From Phoronis australis (Eukaryota > Animalia > Phoronida): a stretch of DNA of 64,000 nt. The notes under the pieces were generated by a model. The model made no database searches. It was not told the origin of the DNA and was given only the letters and a program-made list of their open reading frames with translations. This document shows positions 52,499-62,621 of this stretch, one piece after another. The stretch's first letter is position 1. The number at the start of each line of letters is the position of its first letter. Position numbers and translations under genes: made by a program. The stretch lies in NCBI GenBank assembly GCA_002633005.1, contig NMRA01000199.1, positions 504,995 through 568,994 on the forward strand, in the 5' to 3' direction.

Positions 52499-53698
52499 CG
52501 TCAAATTGTCCAATTTCCCCAACACAGGCTTCAGGGCTACACTGGGAGGAAGCGTGCGCGACAGCCTCATGCTATGGACAAGATGTGAAACTCGTTCTAA
52601 CACGCTATCTTCTTGTACTAGTTGGCAAACGGCTCTCATGGCGGCATTGAATTTTACCTGCGCACTTTCCTGCATCGCCACCGAATCATCCATGTTTGCA
52701 TTATTAACATTACTATTAACCCCATCATTTTTTGTACCAGCATGTGATTCTTTACATAACTGTCCATCATTACTCTTTACATTCTCATCGTTATCTATGC
52801 TGTCATCAGAACGACTCATTTTCATTATTGTCAACGAGGTAACGCTTTGTGTGCTGATGTTGATCTCCCCTCTCTCAACATGTAGATTTTCGCAGGTCAA
52901 AACAGATTCGGAGGATTCTGACTCAACAACTTTTTCAACAGGACTAGACACTTGGACAGTGCCGAGAGAAGGCTGGTTGCTCTCTGTCTCACTATGACCA
53001 CATGTCGTCTCCATGGGCTCCTGTAAATACAGCCTATAAATTGTTGTTACAGACGGATCACCAACATCCCCGTAGTTATTTTCCGAGATTGTTGCATGAG
53101 CATCTATTAATTCTTCTGGTGAATTAACGCCATCATTACTCGGCATTTCAAAGACTTTGCTTGTAATCCTCACCTTGTGGACAGACGGGTCGCTAGCAGT
53201 AACCAAATTGTCATCTAGTTGCTCTCCACAGCATATGTCACCGGTCAATGGTTCACCACAACCATCAGTTGTATTGTAGCAGGCAGAATTATTTCTGCTA
53301 TGCTGATGTGACGCGAGCGTCGGCTGGTCCGGAATCACGATACTCTGCATAGAGATCTTTACACGGTGTATTCCAGCTCTGTTGGGATCACCTGCAGCAG
53401 GAAGCTTGCTGTTCTCCTCATTAAGGTTATTGCAACCATCATGAAGCTTATCTTTAAACAGCTCGCAACTGTCTTTGGTCTGAGCCACCGCAGTGTCAAT
53501 ATTCAAAGAGGCTGTGTCTGTGACTGTGCTAATGCCACTCAAATTCTCTTGTGCTTGGTCAACCTGCAACAGATGCCCATTGTCCACATGTGACGCCGGG
53601 TCCTCCCCACGGGGCTTGGCTGTGCTGGAGCCATTTGTGTTAGGCTCCCTTATGATGACTGACTGCGTCTCGTTCAGTTTGCCAGCACCACAACCCAT
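52499..53698 (-). CDS. LRR-RRM gene, first coding exon (400 codons; MGCGAGK acylation motif, low-complexity region, start of LRRs)
   Basis: Longest ORF in the track; donor ACG|gtaagt at 52498; acceptor ttttgattacag| 7 nt before the ATG implies an upstream non-coding exon. Splices in frame through 17 more exons to a 1176-aa protein. Confidence 0.9.
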
Positions 53699-53829
53699 TA
53701 TGTATCTGTAATCAAAAGTGTGTATAAAATGGAAGCTCAGTTCCTCCTACGGGGTTATGCTTTTTGGTATCATTCAGGCTACTTCTCCCCGCCAGAGGAT
53801 GACGTCAAGCTACTTGCCGTGTGCAGTGT

Positions 53830-54205
53830 TAAAAGTGGCCAGCTTCCGACTTTGGGAACTGAACCAGGGACTGCTCGAAGAAAAAGTTTGATAACGACCT
53901 CCAAAGGCAAAGGTAAAGGGCACAAGTCAGATATAATGGACCCTGATTAAGAGAACCAGGCAATCACTAAATAACGGCCCCGTTATTTAGTGGATGAAAC
54001 TGGTTCTCTAAATCAGGGTCCATTATATCCGACTACGGCCAAGGTAAAGGTGTACTTTTGTGAGCAAAAAGGCACTTATAACAACGTGACTTTGATTTTT
54101 TAGTCAGTGTGAGGCATAATTTGCCGAAAGTATTCTGGCGTATGAAACTCCTATAGGAGCTACACCATCGCTACTGGGCCAGCTAGAAATGGTGTCACTG
54201 TCGGT
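53830..54205 (-). mobile_element. Degenerate solo TIR of the same Mutator-like family as 54823-55755
   Basis: ttgggaactgaaccagggactgctcgaagaaaaagtttgataacg and ttataacaacgtgactttgattttttagtcagtgtgaggcataatttgccgaaa align with 55505-55680. Confidence 0.75.
53919..54040. mobile_element. 122-bp palindromic MITE with 9-bp TSD (Mutator-like)
   Basis: Hairpin arms gatataatggaccctgatt..gagaaccag / ctggttctc..aatcagggtccattatatc; aaggtaaag at 53910-53918 and 54041-54049. Confidence 0.85.
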
Positions 54206-54822
54206 GGTCACTGACACTGTCTACATTGACCTGATGACAGATGGCTGTATAGCCTTGGTACAAAGCTGTATACTAAATATACAGCTTTGCACCAATGTGG
54301 GTAAAAAGGTGGTAAGATAAAATCTGACAAATTAGTGTCATTAAAAACCAGTCTTCCTTGAGTAAGCTAAACTATTTAACGGTATTGGAAAAATGGCGTT
54401 CTACCGTTATTCTGCTGCTGAAGTTGTGAAGCACTAGACGGCGGCTTTAAATTCGGAGCCACGAAATATTGCGTCACCTATTGGCCATTTTTTTTGCCGA
54501 TTCTCTAATCAACTGCTGTTCTTTCACGAGGTTGCGTACACGTTACAACAAATTATCAAAACTGGTTTCACTTCATTATAAATTTTTAGAATTTTGATAC
54601 TGAAAAACCGAATTTCAGAAGAAATTTTGCTGCTGCCAAGCTATCATCATCTCCCGAGAGATGACGTAAAAATTTAGGAAATGGAGTATGCACGTGACAC
54701 GAGCGTATACTGTTTTCAAAACGACGACGTACTTTTCAATGTTAGAAAAGCCGGAGAGTTACGCAAGAAAATGACGTTTATTGGATTGATTTTCACGTAA
54801 ACGGCTGTAACAGGCAAGGTGA

Positions 54823-55755
54823 TAGGCAATGACCATCGCCTCTGTTGGCCCGAACCAGAGGCGATGTAGAGGCTATAGGCGCTCTGTACACCGGAAGCTT
54901 TTCGGCGAATTATGCCTCGCACCGACTAAACCATCAAAGTCACGTTGTTATAACTACCTTTTGTGCATAGACGAACACCTTAGGAGGTTGTCGATGTGTT
55001 TAAGTTCTTCCAACTCGAACAAATACTCCCGTTATGAAACTTTTCCTTCGAGCAGTCCCTATTTCAGTTCCCAAAATCGTGAAATCAAAATTTTTGTACT
55101 GCGCACGCTCCAACTTTTACCGCGCTCGCTAGGTGATGTGACTTCATAACCTCAATAATTTTTAAATAGGCCAAAGGTGAGCCATTGCGGTCTTGTCAGT
55201 CAAATGTTCGTTTCCAAAATGCCACCACTTATACTTGTCTTTAATTGGCGTTACTTGAAACTGTTTGTATTTCAATGAATTATTGTTTGTATTTGATAAA
55301 AATAAATGCTGTTGATATGACATTTAAAAGTCTTTGTGCACATATTTGACATTTTAATGTTTAACAACACGGCAAATGCACGGCTGGTTCCCGGCAGCAC
55401 GTACGCAAAGGGCGGGAACTTCAGCTTTCAAAGTTCGCCGGTAGGATCGCAACTTCTGACCTTCGGCCTAGTTAAAAAAAATGAAAATTTTGATTTCACG
55501 ATTTTGGGAACTGAAATAGGGACTGCTCGAAGAAAAAGTTTCATAACGGGAGTATTTGTTCGAGTTGAAAGAACTTAAACACATCGACAACCTCCTAAGG
55601 TGTTCGTCTATGCGCAAAAGGTAGTTATAACAACGTGGCTTTGATGGTTTAGTCGGTGCAAGGCATAATTCGCCGAAAAGCTTCCGGCGTACAGAGCGCC
55701 TATAGCCTCTACATCGCCTCTGGTTCGGGCCAACAGAGGCGATGGTCATTGCCTA
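54823..55755. mobile_element. Non-autonomous Mutator/foldback-like element, 272-bp TIRs, 9-bp TSD
   Basis: Near-identical inverted arms 54823-55094 and 55484-55755; perfect TSD gcaaggtga at 54814-54822 and 55756-55764. Confidence 0.9.
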
Positions 55756-57529
55756 GCAAGGTGATTGATTGCCGGTTGATTCCCAGATTTTGCATGCACC
55801 CCGTTGATACAAGTTTCACGGCAAGGTGACGAGCAGAACTACCCTGGCTGTGTGAAATTTCGGGGTCTACAGAAGAAATACACACAGTGGTAGCTAGCTA
55901 TATTTTGACGACAGTCTTCATACAGCTGGCTGACTAATGCAGTATGGCTCTGGCTGAACAGTCTTTACACCGACAAAGTCAATGTAAAAATTGTTGACTT
56001 CGAAATTCTTTGCAAAATGTGCATATTTTTTCATGTTATTTGGGAACATGCGTGGCAATTAAATCTATTGACACTTCAGGAATAACTAAACAACAATGTT
56101 GAATGAAACCCTTGCCTTCCATTTGCCGATTCACATCCACATTTCCACCATTCTTACACTCGTCGTTGTTATGCATAGGTGGCGTTCTTGAAAATAAAAC
56201 AAAACTATCTCGTAGAACTTAAAACAATCAATAAATAAAAGGATTTTCGGTCAAAATTACGATATCAGGAAACATGTATTACATATTAAAGTATTTATTA
56301 AAGTATTTTAAAGAAAAAAATGCAAAAACATTTGTAGTTTTTATGAATATGTTTTCACTGATGGTTCTGGCTTTTTAGTGTCCATTCTGAACGTGCGTCT
56401 GCTGCTGACATGTTGAAACCATTCATTGGAGTTCGTAAGTTTTCTATACGTCCTTGTGTAAGCCTTAGACGCTACTTTAAAGTCTTAATTAAATTAGTTA
56501 AGTTTGAATTCCTGGGCTAGAGTTGGTGACTAGCCAATACTCAGCTCATAAACTGTTAAATTAAGATCTGGTTTACGGACTGTATGTACAGTATGTATTT
56601 GGCGACCTTCGCTACGCGGCCAGTCGGACAGTGACCACCGTCTGGCCCAGTAGCAGAGACGGTGGAGCGATCGGAGCTTCATACGCCGGAAGCCTGTCTT
56701 TACGGTTGGCAGATCGCCGTGTATTATCTCAGGCATACACTTTAAGGGGCGATAGTACACCCCTATAAAAAGTTGCTCTCAAAGTACAGCAAAACATGCT
56801 TATTTATTATTAATTTATAATAAGCAACGCGTAGACCCTCGCCTCGGTTGGCCGGTTAGAACTTAGGGGCTACAATACTGTCCATCACTTTCTGTACAAG
56901 TTTCGTCCTGTATTTTGAACGGGCGGTAAGCCAAATCCGGTCACCCATTACATGTCGTGAACACATCCACTAAAACAAGAAACTGTAGGAACACTGCATT
57001 TATCCACCTTCACTCTTATCAGGCTTCTATTGTGAGTCAGCATGCGTGAATAATTGGCTGATAAGCCACCTCTGGAACTACTTTTGGCTGAATGGATGAC
57101 CAGGCCATAAAATGATAATATTAGCCAAGACCAGTTACTAATGCAACAAAGAATAATGTCGTAGTATCACCTAGCCTTGGTGGAAAGCTGTATACTGTAT
57201 TGGCTCTAATAAACGCTTAGAAAAAATCATTTCACGGGGAGGGGATTCTTATTGTAGCCTACGGCAGTTGAAAGCCGGTTTCCCAAACGGGTAAAATCGG
57301 AAGCTAGGATTCATAAAATTTACGCTTTGTGACGAATTTTTAGCCTATGACAGTCTTTCTACAAAATTGTGGTGCATTGCTATGAACTTCCGTTGTTAAA
57401 TTACGATAATTTTTCAAAAAATTGTGCTCATCACAGGGCGAAAACTTGCCGACTGATGCGTCGCCGCTGAATCGCCATCGTCAATAGGAAAACTTGTACT
57501 CTTGAATAAAAATATAGTTTCGACTCAAC

Positions 57530-57840
57530 AAATTACCTGAAATCTTCCTGATGTTTTACAATTTTTAAAGTTCATGTGGAGTCCAGATTAATTGCGATTA
57601 AGTCCAAATGTGCGCTACATCGTACTCCACAACAAGAGAAAAATCTCTGGATGAACACACATGTTGTTGTCACGTGACGTTTGTTTTGAAGGTCGTCTGT
57701 GTATGAGAGTGAGTGAGCGTGCGTGTGCGGGTCATCGACGATAGACTTTTTTGTTACAAAAGGCGGAGGATTATGCAAGAAAATGGCGTTTACTAGATTT
57801 TTTTTCACTTAAACGGCTGTAACGTGCAAGGTGAGTGCTG
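57530..57840. promoter_or_regulatory. Candidate bidirectional promoter with non-coding first exons
   Basis: CpG-rich; gtcacgtgac E-box (~57669); aaaatggcg YY1-like motif (~57780); outward-facing donors AAG|gtgagt (+, 57831) and CAG|gtaatt (-, 57536). Both flanking genes have an acceptor just upstream of their ATG. Confidence 0.45.
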
Positions 57841-59322
57841 GTTAACTCACAGATTTTGTGTGCACAGGCCGACTGTCGTTAGCTCTGCCGTGGAGTATTA
57901 ATAGTCCAAGGCTCGATCTACATGTTGGGGACGAAATGAACTACCCAGGCTGTGTGAAATTTCTGGGTCTAACGGAGACACTGACGCAGTGGTCAGTCAG
58001 ATCGCTGTATCAAGACTATAGTCAAAATCCAAATTCGTTTTATCGTGTCCCTGTCAATAATAACGGCATGTTAAAGTCTTCTAAATTTTCGTACTTCAGG
58101 AACATAACAATCAGGTGTTTTGTACACATACGCGCATGCCGCAGATCACATCTCGGAAGTTGCCGATTTGACGGATGACAATGAATGAACACAATGAAAT
58201 TAACAACGTCGTTTTACAGCTTGTAAGATTCATAATAAACGTATTTTGAATATTGCAATGCATGTGTTCCAAAATCTAAATAACTCAGGTCCTATATTTT
58301 TGTATTAGTGCCCGCCCAATGAAAGTAATCGTGAGTGTTGCTGTGTTGCAAAATCTCTTATCCTGGGCCGATTTGAAAAATTCAAAGTTGTACTCAAATT
58401 TATTTTCGCTCCTCTTTTCAAATATTACAGTAAAAACTACGTAAAACTCTCTCCATAAAAAGTACAGTCTGCTAGCTAGATTGTAATCAGCTGATCATAT
58501 CCGCATGAGCGAAGCCAATTATCCTCGCTCGTGACTCGATGACTAGAGCAGCTTGGCGGCATCCCTTTGATCGTGAGCCGAGCGCGACTCAGCCAAGGTG
58601 GATAAATACGGTCTAGTTCAATTTTCCATACCCCACCGTTTACCTTAACCACTGGGGTTAGAACCAATTTTATTTAGTGGGAATGTTCATAGCATGAAGA
58701 GTTAATTTCACCTCGTCAAAAATACATTCCACACTTCAAACTATCGCTTAAGCGCTACTTTCTTCAATGGTCCTTTCTACTTCTACAAATATCTTCGATG
58801 AAGCTTAGTCATGAGAATTAAGGTGACTTTGGCGAAGAATTCCAAGTCCACTTTTTTGGTCTCCGTTATTGGCGTTAACTTTTTCACCACGCGTGCGATA
58901 ACCACAAAGTACTTCAACTGAGTCACATGAGTTGGGCAAAGGCTAGCGTGAGACTCAGCGAAGTGCGTGACGTTGGCGCGTGACTCTTACAAAATACCAT
59001 GGGAATTAGGTATCTCATGAAATTTGTAAGATTTGTTTCCCTTGGAGTTTTTATTCGTCAACATGCGTGATTTCACGTAACTTCCTCAAAATGGCACCCA
59101 GTAAGAGAAACTCGAGCAAACCGTGACAGATTTTCATCGATTTGTTCAAATTATCTTGAATGAATCGTTTTCAGACTTGTGTTAATTATAACTCCTTGTG
59201 CCAATATGCATGTTTCACGTGATTTTATTTCCTGTGTTTTGAAATCCGTAACTTTTTGTGGGGATGTACTATCGCCCCTGTGCCTGTGACATCCAGGGCG
59301 ATGTAACTGCCTAATAATTATA

Positions 59323-60809
59323 TAGACAATGACCATCGCCTCTATCCAGCTAGTAGAGACGATGAAGCTCCTATAGGGGCTCCATATGCCTGAAGCTTTT
59401 CGACGAATTATGCCTCGCACTGACTAAAACATCAAAGTCACGCTGTTATAAATGTGTTTTGCGCATAGAGGAACACCTTAGGAGGTTGTCGATGTGTTTA
59501 ATTCCTTCCAACTCGAACAAATACTCCCATTATCAAACATTTTTCTTCAGTCCCTCGTTCAGTTCCCAAAATCGTGAACTCACCATTTTCACTCTGCGCA
59601 CGCTAAGAGATATGACCCCATTCTTTTAACCAGGTCGAAGGTCAGAAGTTGCAGTCCTACCAGCAAACTTTGAAAGCTGATGTCCCTGCCTACTGCCTGA
59701 TGTCGGAAACCAGTCGTACATTTTGCCGTGTTGTAAGACATGGGCGGCGCACCATAGGGGGCTGGAGGGGGTATAGCCCTCACTTTTTCAGTGGTGCACC
59801 GCCCATAAAAGAACAATTAATTTTGCCGAAGACTAGACAAATTTCGGAGTGATCCATTATTTAAGAACGATCTCCTTTCACGGTACATGAACGTTATTTA
59901 TGCAAGGGCAGATTTAACGACGTTGACATACTGCCTTAGAAAATCGCAGTTGCACTAACGTAACCCCAAATCGGCCAATGTGTACAGTTTGTTAGGCATG
60001 AAACAGTGATGCTAATACGTGACTGATTTTCTGAATTGGAAACACTATCAAGTGACCGTCAAGTACTAAATCAGATTTTCCACAGATGCACTAATGCATG
60101 TAAAGCCACTTCGGTCTGGCACCTTATGTACACCGATGCCTCACTAATACTCGTGTGATCTAAGTAGCTTTCGTGAATTTTATGTCTACCAGAAGCATGG
60201 TTTGATACAGGTAAATAACATGAAAATGGTAATCTCTGGTAAGATGGGCAATAAAAAAGCGCCAGCCACGTGGAAGTACGAGAGAATGACGAAAACTGGG
60301 AGGAAGAGGGTGGGAAAAATTAATAAGTTTTGGAACGTACGACAATGTGGTCGGAACAAAGATGAACTGAAAGCGAGGTTACAATAACAAAGAAAAAATG
60401 CCTAAATGTGACAATCATCAGCCTATAAGAGCCAAGAGCTGACCACACTCGAGGCACATGATAACAACAGACCAGTATGAAGGCTGGGAAAACGACATGT
60501 AGTCCTGCACAAGGGAATAATGGAATAGACCGAAATGAGGGAGAAAGGAGTAAGACAGGTCCATATGCTCACATAAATATATTTAACGAGTGAAATACCG
60601 TTTATGATCAACATATATCCCGAATAGATAAATAATACGTGCGTCACAAGCTCGTTACCAGAGATAAAAAGGAGACTAAGGTAGGCGATATAAGGTCATT
60701 TATGATGACTAATACAATTACAATATAATGAATACAGTCAGGTAAATAACATAAAAATGGTAATCTCTGGTAAGATGGTTGCGCCAGCAGAGGCGATGGT
60801 CATTGCCTA
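59323..60809. mobile_element. Second, more diverged copy of the Mutator-like family
   Basis: Left end tagacaatgaccatcgcctct with a full arm; right end truncated to cagaggcgatggtcattgccta; TSD ataattata / atagttata (8/9). Confidence 0.8.
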
Positions 60810-61113
60810 ATAGTTATACACATGGAGTTAACACATTTGAACATTGCACTGGAAATTTGCAGCGTTTCACTCGAGCAAAACTTACAAATAATACCTAATG
60901 TCTTCCCATGCTGTTTTTGCGAGTGTTGCGCCAGGTCAGGCACTTTGCTCAGTGTCATGCTGTCCTTGCCTAACTTGCATGATATGAATTGAAATACTTG
61001 TGGTTTTCGTGCGAGGCGAAAAAGTTAATGGCGACCACAAAAGTGGAGTAATACTGTAATTCTTCGCCAGAGTTGTCTTAGTTCGCTTAGACAGCGATGA
61101 TATGAATAGAACC

Positions 61114-61548
61114 TGTTCCTGGGGTGTATGCCTTGTCGTGGCGGAACAGCTTGTGTATCTCCGTGACCTCTAGAGCTTTACTGGCGGGAGTTTAAAACTC
61201 CTGGCAGGGCTACCCATGCCCGACAGGTCGAAAAGTAGAGATCAGACAAAATTCACCCCAAACACTCCCTAGGGTCACACTAGGTTTGGGCGTAAGGCCA
61301 AATCCCTTACCCTGTAAAACAATGCTCCTGTCACCTACGAGGACAACTCTTACATCAAAACCTGGGCAGACTGGGCTCATCAGCCATAGAAGGCAATCAG
61401 TCTAGGAGAAGGCCACTCCGAAATACAACCATGTGCTGCCACGAAGACGGAGCATGTGGGCTAATGACAGCAGGCAGACCATCTGTACCTGTACCTCCTT
61501 CCCTGCACGCATTTTACCCATCGGGAACACTGAAGAAGAAGAAGAAGA
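61114..61548 (+). mobile_element. Non-autonomous RTE-clade retroposon (SINE-like or internally deleted)
   Basis: 14-bp TSD atatgaatagaacc (61100-61113, 61549-61562); (GAA)6 tail; 5' motifs gccttgtcgtggcgg, gcagggctacccatgcccgacaggtc and ggcaatcagtctaggagaagg resemble RTE/BovB 5' UTRs as I recall them; no ORF. Confidence 0.8.
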
Positions 61549-62058
61549 ATATGAATAGAACCAGAGAGGATCGCTGAAGAAAATAAGTGCTTTTTAAGTG
61601 ATGATTTTAACTGTAAAATGTATTTTTGATGAGGCCAATTTGCCGCTCATTCGGTGAGTGAATTCGGCCTACCGCCTGTTTATAATAAACAGGACAAAGT
61701 TAACACAGAAGGTGATAGGGAGTGTTGTAGCCCGTGTATTGCCAGTTGAGGAGCCATGTAGTTGTCTAGGCAGCTGCAGGTCACCAATTAATTTAGGTAA
61801 CACGTAGACACTTGGCTGACTAGAGATCAGCTACAATACAAACTGCAGAATTTTGTAGTTTTTATGAAAATGTTTACACTTGTCTGGTGGTTCTGCCTTT
61901 TTAGTGTCCATTCTGAACATGCGTATGATGCTGACATTGTGAAACCATTCAGTGGAGCCTTTGAAGTGCAATTTGAATAGAAACTGCATGAACACCAAGG
62001 TGGAACGTGTTTTCTGGATTTCTAGTTGGTGAGTTTTCTTATGCAAGTCATAGTAGCC

Positions 62059-62310
62059 ATTAAGTTTGTCTATCCAATATTGTTCTCTCACAGACTCAAG
62101 AGAGAACAATATTGGATAGACAAACTTAATACAATAGAACCTCATGGATTGAACATAAAAAAAATTCTTAAAATATGTCATTGAATTTTTTACGCAAAAA
62201 TGTATCATTTTCATTACACCATATCTTATATGTCAATTGTCATTTTGTGTTTGATTTTACTTTATTTCTGTTTTTGTAGACAAAGGAAGTTATTACATCC
62301 GAAAATTTGA
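62059..62310 (+). mobile_element. Penelope-like element remnant (GIY-YIG C-terminus, 5' inversion)
   Basis: 62092 onward reads RLKREQYWIDKLNTIEPHGLNIK, the RExxWIxxLxTxxPxGLN motif of GIY-YIG endonucleases; perfect 31-bp hairpin 62059-62130; hammerhead-like gacaaagga...tccgaaa at ~62279-62304. Confidence 0.75.
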
Positions 62311-62621
62311 AATTTCAATTGATCCATTCTTGTTGTTTTATTTACCGACTTATATTCTTCATTTCATGAAACAATAGTATCCTTGGGAGGATCTGGATCG
62401 CCTTATTTAGTTTCAGATATATTTTCTACGTTATTTACACTCAGAAAAATGTAGCAGGTAAACTGTTTAGATGTTTATGCCATTCTGAAAATTGCCATAC
62501 CTTTATAATTATTTTCTAGGTTGTGAACTTGTAAATTGGTCGTACGTTTTACTTTTCCGGCAGGTCTCATAATTTGAAACATATGTCTTCGACGTCTTGC
62601 AGATTTATCTGATCATCTGTC

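Larger units (their letters stand above)
58690..61650. mobile_element. Old foldback-type element (diverged ~350-bp inverted arms) hosting younger insertions
   Basis: 58700-59040 aligns with the reverse complement of 60870-61113 joined to 61563-61640 (cctcgtcaaaaatacatt, tggcgaagaatt, ttaactttttc, accaca.agta.ttcaa). Confidence 0.65.

Noticed and set aside
52479-52997. 172-aa plus-strand ORF, and similar antisense ORFs at 62567-63677
   Set aside because: Antisense shadows of real coding exons.
37733-53698. Naming the LRR gene NLRC3, an NLRP, CARMIL or RanGAP
   Set aside because: Only the generic RNI-type LRR is shared. No NACHT, PH or acidic RanGAP tail is seen, so no gene symbol was assigned.
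54829-55749. Paired ORFs MTIASVGPNQRRCRGY... on opposite strands as duplicated genes
   Set aside because: They are translations of the two TIRs of a non-autonomous transposon.
60407-60648. Solo LTR (TGTGAC...GTCACA)
   Set aside because: No matching 4-6 bp TSD and no PBS or PPT evidence; the termini could be chance.
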